Of a stretch of DNA of 64,000 nt, positions 1 to 11,276 are shown one piece after another; the stretch's first letter is position 1, and each line of letters starts with the position of its first letter. The DNA is from Candidatus Brocadiia bacterium (lineage in GTDB: Bacteria > Planctomycetota > Brocadiia > SM23-32): assembly GCA_046538485.1 (NCBI GenBank), contig JBKHIT010000013.1:26271-90270 (forward strand), given 5' to 3'. The position numbers and the translations under genes were made by a program. Under the pieces are notes generated by a model. The model searched no databases, was not told the origin of the DNA, and saw only the letters and a list, made by a program, of their open reading frames with translations.

Positions 1-2
1 CA

Positions 3-3000
3 CTTAAACTTCTCGATTCACCCTACACCGGTTCGGCGAACAGGTTCCTGCGCAAAAAACTGAAAGATGAGGCCATGCTCCGGAAAGTCATACCGCTTTT
101 CGGACTCGATGAACTCGATCTGGCGGCCCAGCTCGAGGTCGATGTCGGTTCCAAGACGACGGGACCTGGAATTGGCAAGAAAACACTCGATCTCAGCAAA
201 TTGCAGGATACGCTGACTGGACCGCGTTTCCGCCGTAACCTTGTGACCGCTATCGGGCCGCTGAGGGCGGAATCCGCCCGCAAAGCCCTCCTGACCATCG
301 CGGCCAACGACGAGGATGCCGGCGTTCGCGCTGCAGCGGCCGGGGTTCTCGGGGAACATTACAAAGAGACCGGAGATGCCCTGGGAGATGTTTTTGAGGC
401 TGACGAATCCGGCGAAGTGCGAGCCGCGGCATTGCGGGGACTCGCAAAACAGAAAGAGCTGAAGGAAGATCGGGTCAAAACGGCCGCCGAAGATCCCGCC
501 TCTTCCGTGCGGCTGGTGCTGGCGGAGGTCTTGCCGAAATCTCCCATCGATACCGAACAGAAACGCAAATTATGGATGCAATTGCTTGAAGATGAAGACG
601 CGGAGGTGCGAGCGGCATCAATCCGCCAGCTGCGAAAGCATACCGAACTGGTCATCACCGATCCAAAAGCAAAGGCGTTTGTGGAGCGGGCGCTGAAGGC
701 CGGCTCCGAGACCGAAAAATTAATCGCACTTCGGTGGATACGTCAGGAAAATGTGCGGGTCGCCTCCGATCGCGTTGCGACGCTCCTCCGGGCAGAAAAA
801 CCGAGTTTGCGGGCCGAAGCTGCGGAATGTCTCGCCGCCGTGGATCCCGACCGGAGTTCCAAAATCATTGATGTGCTGAAAAATGACGAAGCCACGGTTG
901 TTCAGAAAGCGGTGGCGCAGGCGATGGCGGATGTTGGAACCGAAAAAGCACGGAGAAGTATTTTCTCACTGCTCAAACGCGCTGACCCAGCGGCCCGTAG
1001 CGCTATCTGCGCGGCTGCATACCGTTTGCTGGTCGAAGATCGTGTGGCGCTCGCGCGAGCCATGCGCTTCGATCCAAGCATGTCGGTGAACCTGGCCAGC
1101 ATGCGTTTGGCGGGACGAGTGATGGAAGATGGAGAATTGCAGGATTTTCTGCCGGATACGGTGCGTGAACATAACAATGAGTACATTCGCGCCCGCGCCT
1201 TGCGTAGAATGCACGAAAAAGGTTTTCCGGACGTTCATGATTTGTGCATGGATGTTGTCGAGAGCCCATACTGGGTATTGAGACTGGAAGCCGCCGATAT
1301 ACTGGCAGACATCGCTCAGGAGGATGACGCCGAAAAGATTAGTGCTCTGATGGAAGAGGTCAACGATGAGTGGCTCCACATGGCCCTGGAGGATGCGCTC
1401 CGTCAGGCCGAGGGGCGGCCGAAGCCCGAGCGGGTTGAGCTGAATCTGGGGGAGACGGAGCATACCCCCGGCGGAGATACGCCCTATGGGTTCCAAACGT
1501 GGCTGGGGAGGATGCCTGAGGACAAAGAAAAAACCCGGGAGATGGTCGATCAAGGATATCGATTCGGGGTCAAAAACTTCCCGGCGAACATGCCCGGAGG
1601 TATGGTGTTGAACACCTACAACCGGACCACCGGGGCACGCAACATCTATCTCCTCGAATCCATTCTCGATCCACTTGAGAACAAATGGAAGGATAAACTG
1701 CCCTATCTCTATTATATTGCCCTGTTCGATGAACCATGCTCGCTGGGCCGAGCGTCTCTCCGGGCGATGCTGCTGGAGGCGGGACGGCCGGATCTGTTGG
1801 AAAAAGTCGAAGGGTTGGGCCGAAAGAAAAAACTTGAAGCGCTGCCCGGGCGGCTTCGCCGCGCCTATGAATGGTACAACGCAAAGTTCGGGGGGATAGG
1901 ATCCAACTGGGTGACGCACATGTATCGAATGACGGCCCAGCGCAAATATCCCGACATCCAGATCTTCCCGCAAAGTCTGTCCTACATGCGCAAGCATACG
2001 CACGATGCGTTCAACATGATCGAGGCGGACGGGGATTACAGCTGGATCTACCACAACGGCAATTATTACAGAGATCCTTCCATCGGTGGTGTGAACCGCG
2101 TGATCAACCCCGGTAAACCTCTGTGCATGATTGCATGGATGGGATGGTACAACCCGCGTATCTTCAATCCAAAACCGTTGTGCATTTCCTCCAACTGGAA
2201 GTTGAAACCGTGGCGGATGCGGGAATATTTCGGGACGCGATCGGGGTTAGCCCTCTGGGCCAGTGGCACGGAGGCCGGATTTTTCCCGCATATCGGATTC
2301 GCAAAAGAATCCAAAAAAGATGAAAAAGGGTATCACGGGATGTCGACGCTGTCGTTCCGCCTGAAACCCTGGTCGGACCATGCGAAAAAGGCCGTCGAAT
2401 ACATGCTCGACGACGACGAATACTGGGAAGTGGTGGAGGGACGCCTCGATATCGAGAAGATGAACGAAAAACGCGAAGACGATGGGCTGGGAATGATGGC
2501 ACCTGATGAGGACGAGGGGATGGATATCCCCCCGCTGGAGGAAGGTCCCACCCCAAAAGAAAAAAAGCTCAAAGAAAAACGCGAGAAACTCTATGAAAAA
2601 CTCATGACGGGCGTCTCTTACATGAACATCTTCAATCTGGACAATACCCGGGCGCTGTCGAATCTTCCCAAACCGGACACCAGCCTGCGGGATACTTTAC
2701 TCATCATGGGGCGCGATATCTCCTGGTGGGCCGATGGGTCATTTTTCAAAATGCCGGCCGAGGCCATCGTGCAGGGCTGGGACCTCGTGCCAAACTATGA
2801 TTGCATCGGCGACGCGGAACTGACGAACTACGATACGATTTTACTCCGATCATCCAACGATGGGGTGACCTCGGAACTGGTGGAACGTATTAATCAATGG
2901 CTGCGCAACAAAAAAGACGGTTTGCTGATTGTGGGGGGCGATTGCACCAGCGATAAAGTGTTGTTTCCGTCACTGACGCTCGACGAGATCGATGCCCCCT

Positions 3001-3848
3001 TCCTCTGGGAGAATGACATCGCATTCCACGTGCAAAAACGGGTGAAGCAGACGTATAAAGATCGGCGTGGACGCAAACGCACCCGCAAGAACTGGCCGGC
3101 AATGAAGGAGTTGCGCAAGGCCGATGGAGAACTGGTAAAAGACCCCGTCAGCCGGTTGCATAATACGATTTCAGGCGAGGTGAAACCGTTGATCACGACG
3201 AAAGCTGGGAAAGCTATCCTGGCGCGCTGGAAGGCGCCGCCGGAAGTCAAAAGTGTGGTTCTCTTCGATGGGGCATACCCCGCCGGACCTGAATACACGG
3301 CCGCGCTGGAAAAAGTAATACTGAGAATCGACGAGGAACGCGGCTCAGATGTGAAACGCAACCACTGGTGGGGACACACGATCTATGAGAACGATAAATT
3401 CGTGGTCGATGTGGCCACCAGCCAGCTCCACATGTTCCACAAACGACGCCCGCGGCAACACAAAGGCGTCGATATTATCACAGGCGTCATTAACCCCGAA
3501 GTCAGACACCGCGAAAGCGCGCTGATACTGAAAGATTACGTCGGCCCCTATGCCGGCGGGAAAGGCGATTGGGCCGTGATGGCGCGCGAAGCCCTGAAAG
3601 AAATGAAGGTGAAAAATCCCGGCGAACTCTACGTCGAGGCCGACGGCGTCACACGAATATCCCACATCGGCCCCGAACCGATCAAACTGGAAGATGCAAC
3701 GGGATTCGAAGAAGTTGAGAACCAGGTGCTGGTCTGGAAGATGATGCGCGAAGGCACGAAAGCCTACAGCCAGAATGAAGTCAACGGCGGACGTGAATTG
3801 CACGTCTACAGCCCGGATCCGTTCACCGTGCTCACCGGTTCGGAATAA
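3..3848 (+). CDS. Large HEAT-repeat protein with C-terminal putative glycosidase-like (GH42-like TIM barrel plus trimerisation-like) region; 5'-truncated by the window edge
   Basis: Frame is open from base 3 (LKLLDSPYTG...), so the true start is upstream. Many HEAT/PBS-lyase repeats (D..VRAAAA..LG). Clear paralogue of 34444-38658. Confidence 0.75.
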   Translation, partial: LKLLDSPYTGSANRFLRKKLKDEAMLRKVIPLFGLDELDLAAQLEVDVGSKTTGPGIGKKTLDLSKLQDTLTGPRFRRNLVTAIGPLRAESARKALLTIAANDEDAGVRAAAAGVLGEHYKETGDALGDVFEADESGEVRAAALRGLAKQKELKEDRVKTAAEDPASSVRLVLAEVLPKSPIDTEQKRKLWMQLLEDEDAEVRAASIRQLRKHTELVITDPKAKAFVERALKAGSETEKLIALRWIRQENVRVASDRVATLLRAEKPSLRAEAAECLAAVDPDRSSKIIDVLKNDEATVVQKAVAQAMADVGTEKARRSIFSLLKRADPAARSAICAAAYRLLVEDRVALARAMRFDPSMSVNLASMRLAGRVMEDGELQDFLPDTVREHNNEYIRARALRRMHEKGFPDVHDLCMDVVESPYWVLRLEAADILADIAQEDDAEKISALMEEVNDEWLHMALEDALRQAEGRPKPERVELNLGETEHTPGGDTPYGFQTWLGRMPEDKEKTREMVDQGYRFGVKNFPANMPGGMVLNTYNRTTGARNIYLLESILDPLENKWKDKLPYLYYIALFDEPCSLGRASLRAMLLEAGRPDLLEKVEGLGRKKKLEALPGRLRRAYEWYNAKFGGIGSNWVTHMYRMTAQRKYPDIQIFPQSLSYMRKHTHDAFNMIEADGDYSWIYHNGNYYRDPSIGGVNRVINPGKPLCMIAWMGWYNPRIFNPKPLCISSNWKLKPWRMREYFGTRSGLALWASGTEAGFFPHIGFAKESKKDEKGYHGMSTLSFRLKPWSDHAKKAVEYMLDDDEYWEVVEGRLDIEKMNEKREDDGLGMMAPDEDEGMDIPPLEEGPTPKEKKLKEKREKLYEKLMTGVSYMNIFNLDNTRALSNLPKPDTSLRDTLLIMGRDISWWADGSFFKMPAEAIVQGWDLVPNYDCIGDAELTNYDTILLRSSNDGVTSELVERINQWLRNKKDGLLIVGGDCTSDKVLFPSLTLDEIDAPFLWENDIAFHVQKRVKQTYKDRRGRKRTRKNWPAMKELRKADGELVKDPVSRLHNTISGEVKPLITTKAGKAILARWKAPPEVKSVVLFDGAYPAGPEYTAALEKVILRIDEERGSDVKRNHWWGHTIYENDKFVVDVATSQLHMFHKRRPRQHKGVDIITGVINPEVRHRESALILKDYVGPYAGGKGDWAVMAREALKEMKVKNPGELYVEADGVTRISHIGPEPIKLEDATGFEEVENQVLVWKMMREGTKAYSQNEVNGGRELHVYSPDPFTVLTGSE

Positions 3849-3991
3849 AAAAGTTTCCCGAGCCGAAAGCCCCCTGTGGCTCATGGTCTTAAGAGTTCTG
3901 AAGGACCCATAAGAAACGACCCGCAGTCCCCTATGCCACTTTTTTTGTTCTTTAAAGTCGTACCCGACAAAAACGAAAGGAAGTTAACGCT

Positions 3992-6340
3992 GTGACGGAA
4001 GATGTGATACTGGGAAAACGCCGAATCCGATGTCTATCGCCCACTCTGATTCGTCTCGAATTCGGGCTTTCGGCCGAATTTGAGGACCGGCGGAGCATTG
4101 TGGCGTACGAAGAGCAGGAACCGTGTTCGTTCGCCGAAGTTCGAAAAGATGGCGAATGCACGGTGCTGGATACGGGAAGTGTGGAAGTGCGCAGCCGACA
4201 GAACGATAAACCTTTTGACAGAACGAATCTGGAGATCCGCTGGACGGATGATCGGTTGCGGCAGTGCTGGCGCCCCGGGGACCGCGACCACCAGAATCTG
4301 GGCGGGACTCTGCGTTCGCTGGATCGTTACGGTGGGGCGGCTGCCGAGCTGGATGGAGTGCATACGGCGGATATGGAAGCACCCGACCCCGCGGCGACCA
4401 ACTGGCCGGCATGGATTCAGTGCGAGGAAGCGCCGCTTTACAGGGAACTTCACCCGGATCCGCCCGATAACCTGGATAAAGGAAGCTGGCTGCGATTGGC
4501 AGAGGCGGACCACAATGACGGGCGCGTCATGGAGCGGTTCTGGAACTGGTACGTCGAAGCGCGCAAATTCGGCCCGGGGGTCGTCAGCCGGAGTGGATAC
4601 TATTTTCTGAACGATTCCCGTAGCGCGGTGATGGACGAAGACGATTTCCCGGTCGAGCGGGAGCGTCCCGGCTGCCAGGACTGGTATTTCTTCGCTTATG
4701 GACGGGACTACAAGCAGGCGTTGCGAGATTTCCACACTCTTGCGGGACCGGCCCCGCTACCCCCGCACCGGAGCCTCGGCATCATGTTCTCCCGCTGGCC
4801 GGCGTTCTCGCAGGGGGAAGTCCGGGAACTCTACGAAGGATTTCGCAAGAACGGTTATCCGCTCTCGGTGTTGATCATGGACATGGAATGGCACGAGTTC
4901 GGCTGGGGACACTGGGATTTTAACGAGGAGCTGATGCCCGACCCCGAGCAGTTTTTCGAGTGGTGTCACGAGCACGATATGGACGTGGTCTTCAACGACC
5001 ATCCACTGGATGTCCGAAGCGATGATTCCCATTTTGAACCCTATCTGGAGAAGGCGGACACGCGGGAAAAGGTGCATGATATAACCTACGGCGATCGGGA
5101 AAATGAGCGGTCAACTCTTCCGGCTGTGCCGGTGGATATCACAAACAAAAAGGAAAACCAGGCCTTTGTGGAAGTCTGTCACCGCCCGATTCGTGAGGCC
5201 GGGCTCGATTACTGGTGGAATGATGGATCGCGCGGGAAAATGAGCCATACCTGCGGCCAGCTTGTGGCAAACAAGACATTCTACCAGGAAACCGAAGACG
5301 AGTCGACCCGCGGGATGCTTCTGGCGCGCTACGGGGGGCTCGGATCGCATCGATACGGTGGATTTTTCACGGGTGATACGGGTTCTTGTTTCGAAGTGCT
5401 GCGTCTGCAGTGCGAGTTCAACGTACGGGCGGGACACACGGGCCTGAATTACATGAGTCACGATATCGGTGGGTTCATGACCGGCGGAAAAGAGACCGAG
5501 CGGATCGATCCGCAACGCTATTGCCGGTGGCTGCAGTTCGGTGTTTTCAACCCCATTCTGCGGTTCCACTGTGCTCCTAACGCCGGCAGTCGACGTCCCT
5601 GGGACTACGACGATGATTGCGGTGGGGCGTGCCGTCGGTGGTTACGCGTGCGCCACAGCCTTTTGCCTTATATCAATACGGCCAACCACGTCTGCTTTGA
5701 GACCGGTATCCCCGTCGTGCGGGGGATCTTCCTGGAGGAACCCGACAGGGAAGATGCTTATCGGTTTGATCAGTTTTACTTTGGCACAAATCTGCTTGTG
5801 GCCCCGGTACTGAGCGATGAAAACCGTCGCTCGATTTATCTGCCTGCGGGAAAATGGTGGAAGTTCGAGACCGATAACTGCCGGAAAGGCGGCGAAGTCA
5901 TAGAACGCGACGTGCCGCTGGAGGAGGTGCCGGTCTACGTCCCGGCCGGAGGCATCATACCCCGTCAGGACCCGGATGCTGATATACACGCCTCCCATAT
6001 TGATCCGCTTATCCTGGATGTTTACGCGGGAGCCGACGGCACTGCGGAATTGCGGGAAGACGACGGACGATCTCCGGCGTATCAGGAAGGTGAGTACTGC
6101 ACAACCCGGTTTGAGCTGCGGGATGAGGAGGACCAACTCACCCTTTCGGTTCAGCCTGTTGAGGGCGAACCGTTCGGTGAGGCGCGGAACATCACGGTGA
6201 GATTCCACATTGAGTTTACACCCGACGGCGTTACGTGTGATGGTGAAGAAACGAAGTGGGAGAAAGCCGATGGTATGCATGTCCTTAAAATCCCCGGGGT
6301 GTCAGTAGAGGAAGGATGTTCCGTGACGGTTCAGAAGTAG
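3992..6340 (+). CDS. Glycoside hydrolase family 31 (alpha-glucosidase/xylosidase-like)
   Basis: MDMEWH, YWWNDG (nucleophile position), FTGDT (acid/base position), SHDIGG, RWLQFGVFNPILRFH, QFYFGTNLLVAPV. GTG start with AAAGGA RBS. No signal peptide. Confidence 0.92.
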   Translation: MTEDVILGKRRIRCLSPTLIRLEFGLSAEFEDRRSIVAYEEQEPCSFAEVRKDGECTVLDTGSVEVRSRQNDKPFDRTNLEIRWTDDRLRQCWRPGDRDHQNLGGTLRSLDRYGGAAAELDGVHTADMEAPDPAATNWPAWIQCEEAPLYRELHPDPPDNLDKGSWLRLAEADHNDGRVMERFWNWYVEARKFGPGVVSRSGYYFLNDSRSAVMDEDDFPVERERPGCQDWYFFAYGRDYKQALRDFHTLAGPAPLPPHRSLGIMFSRWPAFSQGEVRELYEGFRKNGYPLSVLIMDMEWHEFGWGHWDFNEELMPDPEQFFEWCHEHDMDVVFNDHPLDVRSDDSHFEPYLEKADTREKVHDITYGDRENERSTLPAVPVDITNKKENQAFVEVCHRPIREAGLDYWWNDGSRGKMSHTCGQLVANKTFYQETEDESTRGMLLARYGGLGSHRYGGFFTGDTGSCFEVLRLQCEFNVRAGHTGLNYMSHDIGGFMTGGKETERIDPQRYCRWLQFGVFNPILRFHCAPNAGSRRPWDYDDDCGGACRRWLRVRHSLLPYINTANHVCFETGIPVVRGIFLEEPDREDAYRFDQFYFGTNLLVAPVLSDENRRSIYLPAGKWWKFETDNCRKGGEVIERDVPLEEVPVYVPAGGIIPRQDPDADIHASHIDPLILDVYAGADGTAELREDDGRSPAYQEGEYCTTRFELRDEEDQLTLSVQPVEGEPFGEARNITVRFHIEFTPDGVTCDGEETKWEKADGMHVLKIPGVSVEEGCSVTVQK

Positions 6341-6458
6341 CGCAATTCCCAGGGCGGAAGCGGGGTTTCGTACAACCGCGGCGAAGGCGGGCGTTCGGAT
6401 GTGCATTTTATGAAACTGTGTCTCGCTTTGATCAACAATTCTCGGCGAGGAGGACGAT

Positions 6459-8267
6459 ATGAAAAAACCCTGTGAATACATGGTGCTGTGTTTGATTGCG
6501 GCGGTTGTGCCTGCGTTAACAGCGTGCGCGGCGGAAGTGCCCGGTGAGAAACGGCTCAGCGGTATGGTGACCCTTCGGGTCTCAAAGCCGATGAAAACAC
6601 CCACGTGGGCAAAAAAAGAACGTCAGCTGATGCGGGAGAACGTGCGAGGTCTGGAACTTTTCGAAGGAAAGTATTATGACGAAAGGGGTTACCTGAAAGT
6701 GAAAATCAGCCTCGGGGGAGGCACCGGGGCGGATGATGCTATGGAACATACCTGGAACTGGTCCCTGTTCTACGCCCTCAGTGGAATGGATCAGGCCCGC
6801 GAAATTATGCGGGAAGCGGGGGAAGGTCACTACGAACAATACACGAAAGCGGGCGCGCTGAAAGACGATTTTATAAAAAGTTTCGACTGGCAGCATAACG
6901 GCGAACATTACTGTTCGTTCTTCCGAAGAGCTTTCGGGGAACCCGATAACGAAACGTATGTGAGACGGGCCTGCCGGTTTGCGGACTTATATCTGGGAAT
7001 GCCTAACTACGATCCCGAGCACAACATCATCCGCAGCGCAATGAACGGAAGTGCCGGTCCCAATCTCGACGCGACGATTGAAGACTGGGGCGGAAGCGAC
7101 TTTTTCACCCACTGGGTGGGGAAAAATGTCCGCGGCGACACGCCGTTCAACCTGACAGCAACTTCCCTGGTGCTGACGGCTTACGGGCTCAGCGGCGAGT
7201 CAAAATACCGCGACTGGATGGTGAAATACGTCGACGGGTGGATCGAACGAGCCCGTCATAACAACTGGAATTTCCCCGGGAATGTCGGCTTGAACGGGGA
7301 AGTGGGCGAAGACTGGCCCGATCCCGCCGAGCAGTTCCCCGGATACGTTCCGAAAGGTTCAGATATCTATCCCTGGGCCGGCGGAATCATGGGATGGTCC
7401 GGATGGGGAGGATGGTGTTTCGTCCCGGCGTCGGTCCGAATGGGCATGAAAAACGCCTATCTGCTGACGGGCGATGCGAAATACCTTAAGGCTATGGAAC
7501 GGCAGATGGAAAACCTGCGAGAAGGCGTCAAAATTGGCGAAAGAAAAAACGGGAAACCCGTCATCAAAAAAGGCGGTTGGCAGACACCCTGGATGGCGAT
7601 GGATCTCTACCTGATAACCATGGATCCAAAATATGACTGGTTTATGGATGATTGGAAACCGGGTCGGTGGCAGTCGGGGGAGGGTATCTACGGTATGGGA
7701 TGGACGCAGGACTGGGTTGCATATCTGCAGGGCAAGTACCCCGAGTTCCCCGAGAAAATGCTCGATCGTGGCCTGGCCCGCACGCGCAAAAGAATCGCCA
7801 AAATCAAGAAAGATGACAGCAAAGACTGGGAGCGGAAAGCCGAACTGCGCGACAAAAACCCGGTGACGACCTCCGCGCTCACAATGCTGACGACCGGCGC
7901 GCGGGAACCGAGCTGGCGCGGCTCGCCGCTGGTAAGCCGGCTGAGGCATTTCGACCCGGAAAGAGGATGCGCCGGCCTGCCTCCCGATGTGGCGGTTCTG
8001 GTGGAGAAGATGGATCGGCGGAACGTCTGGGTCAGATTCGTTAATATGTCAGATGAAACAACGCGAACCGTCGTCCAGGGCGGAGCGTATGGCGAACACA
8101 GGATTGTTGAAGTGGCGCGATCCGGCAAAAGGGGGAAAAAAGTGGGGGACCGGGCCTTTGCTCTCGTCCTGAAACCGGGCTGCGGAGAACGAGTGCGCAT
8201 TGAGATGGACCGTTTCGTGAACCGTCCGACGTTTGACTGGCCGTGGGGAGGCCGAGAGGAGAATTGA
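6459..8267 (+). CDS. Exported hypothetical protein, possible lipoprotein, possibly an (alpha/alpha)-toroid carbohydrate-active fold
   Basis: GAGGAGG RBS. Signal peptide with LTAC lipobox-like motif. Rich in W/Y/G with acidic motifs (DDAME, FDWQHNGE). The fold is a guess. Confidence 0.6.
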   Translation: MKKPCEYMVLCLIAAVVPALTACAAEVPGEKRLSGMVTLRVSKPMKTPTWAKKERQLMRENVRGLELFEGKYYDERGYLKVKISLGGGTGADDAMEHTWNWSLFYALSGMDQAREIMREAGEGHYEQYTKAGALKDDFIKSFDWQHNGEHYCSFFRRAFGEPDNETYVRRACRFADLYLGMPNYDPEHNIIRSAMNGSAGPNLDATIEDWGGSDFFTHWVGKNVRGDTPFNLTATSLVLTAYGLSGESKYRDWMVKYVDGWIERARHNNWNFPGNVGLNGEVGEDWPDPAEQFPGYVPKGSDIYPWAGGIMGWSGWGGWCFVPASVRMGMKNAYLLTGDAKYLKAMERQMENLREGVKIGERKNGKPVIKKGGWQTPWMAMDLYLITMDPKYDWFMDDWKPGRWQSGEGIYGMGWTQDWVAYLQGKYPEFPEKMLDRGLARTRKRIAKIKKDDSKDWERKAELRDKNPVTTSALTMLTTGAREPSWRGSPLVSRLRHFDPERGCAGLPPDVAVLVEKMDRRNVWVRFVNMSDETTRTVVQGGAYGEHRIVEVARSGKRGKKVGDRAFALVLKPGCGERVRIEMDRFVNRPTFDWPWGGREEN

Positions 8268-8378
8268 GAGTCTCCGGGAAATGCTGATGACACGCAGGTC
8301 TCAGCCCTGGGGGGACCGAGCCAGTCCCCGCGATCGTCGTACTGCTGTTTTGCCGGGAGACCTGTCGGCTGCTGAGCA

Positions 8379-8490
8379 GCGTTCTGAACTCCAGCCCCGC
8401 AGAGCGGCGCTGAAGTCCAGTCCGCTCATCTGGAACGGAGACTCGAGTTCAGCTGAGCCCGCCACTGGGCGGGCGAAACTGGACTTGAGG
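8379..8490. ncRNA. Structured repeat, copy 1: pseudoknot-capable core (candidate ncRNA/ribozyme)
   Basis: CTGAACTC 8384-8391 pairs with GAGTTCAG 8445-8452. AAGTCCAG 8413-8420 pairs with CTGGACTT 8479-8486, crossing the first pairing. Three internal hairpins. Homologous to 42108-42210. Confidence 0.55.
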
Positions 8491-8667
8491 TGGACAAACC
8501 CGGGAAATATCAAAAGATGCGGACCTGCCGTTTGTTGAAACCACTGGACGGGATTTATGGATAAATTCAACCGACTATTGCCAAATTGGACAGGTGTCTG
8601 TTTGCTGGATACCGTTGACAGCGCTTCGCTACCAAAAAACCGGTCCCCGGCAATTCGAAGGAAGGGC

Positions 8668-8696
8668 TTGACAGAAAAAAATGGAGCCAGTAGAAT
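8668..8696 (+). promoter_or_regulatory. Sigma70-type promoter for the prepilin-like gene
   Basis: TTGACA-N17-TAGAAT. Confidence 0.7.
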
Positions 8697-8755
8697 AATA
8701 ATAGCATATAGTCTATGGAGTACGAAAATGCCCTGGAAGGGGAGGATGTCAAAAA

Positions 8756-9679
8756 ATGGCTTCAGGGGGAATTGAATCAGAGAATCGTTTGAATTTCAAA
8801 GGTTTCACACTCATAGAACTCCTTGTCGTCATCGCCATCATCGCCATCCTGGCGGCGATGTTGATGCCGGCGCTGGAACGGGCGCGGGAATCGGCCCGAC
8901 GGGCGGCATGTGTCAACAACCTGCACCAGCTGGCTCTCGGGGCAACGATGGGGGCGGGCGATAACGATGGGTTACCGGTCACGCGCAAAGGAGGCGGGAA
9001 TTTCCGGACGATCAATCCATATTCCAGCGATCCGCTCGGCATGATGAAACTGCTGAATGGAGAGTATTTTAATCTGGATGTGCTCGGATGCCCCAGCGAA
9101 GATTATCCGCTCATCCACGGTTGGTCCGCGAGAAGTCACGCTCTTACATTCACCAGCTATGCGTACCGTTACAACGTTTCTCAGGTCGTTCGAATCCACG
9201 CGACTTCGGGCAATGAGATGTGGTTGGGCGGGGCAAAATACCAGCGGATCAGCAAGCACCGGCGATGGCAGGCTTTTTTTGCCGAAGCATCGGCGAAGCG
9301 AAACTACTACGTCACTCCTCCAAGGACAGAAGCGGATCTTTCTCCCGCTCACGATGACCACGAAGATCCGAATGCGTACCTGGCGCCACACAACCACGGT
9401 CCTTACCGTCGATGGGCGCACCAAACCGGGGGCCATGTGGCCCGGTTCGACGGTTCTGTTGAATGGGTGCCCAACTGGATTCTTTACGCCACAGGCCATG
9501 GCGCCGAGAATTCCACCTGGCCGACCCATTCCAGCCGAGCTGACTGGCGTTACATCCATCACGGATACTACCGTTCATGGGGGATTGATTATTTCCTGAA
9601 AGAAAACGACGGTGGCATCCGTGAAGTGCACTCGAATCCATTCTGGTGGGGAGCAAACAGTGACCCGAATGAGTGGTAA
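8756..9679 (+). CDS. Prepilin-type N-terminal cleavage/methylation protein (DUF1559 / H-X9-DG type)
   Basis: [45 protein letters not shown] and C-terminal [12 protein letters not shown] motif. Confidence 0.9.
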   Translation: MASGGIESENRLNFKGFTLIELLVVIAIIAILAAMLMPALERARESARRAACVNNLHQLALGATMGAGDNDGLPVTRKGGGNFRTINPYSSDPLGMMKLLNGEYFNLDVLGCPSEDYPLIHGWSARSHALTFTSYAYRYNVSQVVRIHATSGNEMWLGGAKYQRISKHRRWQAFFAEASAKRNYYVTPPRTEADLSPAHDDHEDPNAYLAPHNHGPYRRWAHQTGGHVARFDGSVEWVPNWILYATGHGAENSTWPTHSSRADWRYIHHGYYRSWGIDYFLKENDGGIREVHSNPFWWGANSDPNEW

Positions 9680-9855
9680 ATGCTGAGCGTTTATCCTTAT
9701 CGAATTTCTTCTCCGACATCTACGGACAGCGGTCAAGAAGCTGGCCTTCAAGCGGACGCGGGCCCATGTGGCACGAACTCGATCTGAAAGCCGAAGAACA
9801 AAGGTAATCGTCCGATCAAACCGAAATCCCTCCCCGACTTGAGGATCTCGCCCGA

Positions 9856-9869
9856 TCACGATATCGTGA
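9856..9869. promoter_or_regulatory. Perfect 14-bp palindrome, candidate operator
   Basis: TCACGATATCGTGA, about 42 bp upstream of the first sulfatase start. Confidence 0.35.
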
Positions 9870-9911
9870 CCTATCTGTTTTCCGATGACTCTGGATGATA
9901 AGGCCTTTTTA

Positions 9912-11261
9912 ATGGCTCAACCGAACTTCATTTTTATACTCACCGACGATCAGGGATGGGAAGATCTCGGCAGTTTTGGCCATCCCTACCTCAAAACTCC
10001 CCATCTGGACCGGCTGGCGAAGGAAGGAACATCTTTCACGCAATCATACGTCTCCTCGCCGGTCTGTTCCCCGAGCCGGGTGAGCTTTATGACCGGGCAT
10101 TACCCCGCCCGCCATAACGTCCATCACATCTACCGGCGCGAAAACCGCCTCGATCGAATGCGCGAGGAAGGGGTACCGCCGTTTCTCGACCCTGATACAA
10201 CCACCCTGACAGGTGTTCTCCAGGATAACGGTTACGCGATCGGGCATTTCGGAAAATGGCACATGGGCAACCTTCCCGGAGCGCCTCCCCCATCGGACTA
10301 CGGCATCGATGAATTTCGTGCCTTCGGCACCGCCCCGAAATACGAAGGCTGGCCCGACTGGAAGGACGAGGAGTACTGGTGGGCGAAATCAACCGATCTC
10401 TTCGTCGATGAAACGATCGATTTCATCGATCAGAACAAGGACCGTCCGTTTTATGTCAATCTCTGGAGCCTTATCCCCCACGCCCGGCTCAATCCCACTC
10501 CCGAACAACTCGTCGAATACGAAGATCTGACTGTCCATCCCGACGATTTCCAGGCGTGGATGCGTCCGTACCTGGAAGAGGCCGAAAATGTTGATGACAA
10601 AATGAAGGTCTATTGCGCGTCCATGACGAGCCTGGATACCGCTATCGGTCGGCTGCTCGATTATCTGGACGAAACCGGCCTGGCTGACAATACGTTCATC
10701 TTTTTCACAAGCGACAACGGTCCCGAGGATTACTGCGTCGGGAACGCTTCAAACGCCGGCGTCGGCTCGCCGGGGGAGGGGCGCGCGCGGAAACGAAGCA
10801 TCTACGAGGGCGGGGTCCGTACGCCCGCCATCACACGCTGGCCCGGTCAGATACCGGCCGATAGAATCGACGACCAATCGGTGATCGGAGCCGTCGACTG
10901 GTTCCCGACGGTCTGCGCTGCCGCCGGCGTGGAGATGCCCGATATTGAACCCGACGGCGAAGATATCCGCGATATTCTTTCCGGCACCTCCCGGCCGCGC
11001 CAGACCCCGCTTTTCTGGGAATGGAAATGTAATGTTTTCGGAGACGACGACTACCATCCCCCGGAACTCGCCATACGCGACGGGGACTGGAAGCTGTTCA
11101 TGAATCCCGACGAATCGGGAATTGCCCTGTATAATCTTGCAATCGACCCCGCCGAATGCGATAACGTGGCCGACGAACACCCGGAAATTGTGGCCCGGCT
11201 CAAACCGCAACTGGCCGATTGGAAAGCCACACTCCCCGATGGATATCAATACAATGAGTGA
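9912..11261 (+). CDS. Cys-type sulfatase (S1 family)
   Basis: PNFIFILTDDQG, CSPSR..FMTG, GKWH, SDNG, YEGGVRTP. Alternative start at 9885. Confidence 0.95.
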   Translation: MAQPNFIFILTDDQGWEDLGSFGHPYLKTPHLDRLAKEGTSFTQSYVSSPVCSPSRVSFMTGHYPARHNVHHIYRRENRLDRMREEGVPPFLDPDTTTLTGVLQDNGYAIGHFGKWHMGNLPGAPPPSDYGIDEFRAFGTAPKYEGWPDWKDEEYWWAKSTDLFVDETIDFIDQNKDRPFYVNLWSLIPHARLNPTPEQLVEYEDLTVHPDDFQAWMRPYLEEAENVDDKMKVYCASMTSLDTAIGRLLDYLDETGLADNTFIFFTSDNGPEDYCVGNASNAGVGSPGEGRARKRSIYEGGVRTPAITRWPGQIPADRIDDQSVIGAVDWFPTVCAAAGVEMPDIEPDGEDIRDILSGTSRPRQTPLFWEWKCNVFGDDDYHPPELAIRDGDWKLFMNPDESGIALYNLAIDPAECDNVADEHPEIVARLKPQLADWKATLPDGYQYNE

Positions 11262-11276
11262 GTTGTCCCCCCCGCA

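Noticed and set aside
8410..8425. RNase P RNA or group I intron (AAGTCC and GAGACT/AGTCC look-alikes)
   Set aside because: No GAGGAAAGUCC or matching 3' P4 strand, and the group I R/S-like motifs are in the wrong order.
8413..8486. Hammerhead ribozyme reading of the structured repeat (GUC triplet, stem II followed by GAAA)
   Set aside because: The core would be CAGCUGA rather than CUGANGA, stem I is weak, and copy 2 has GAAG with a broken stem III.
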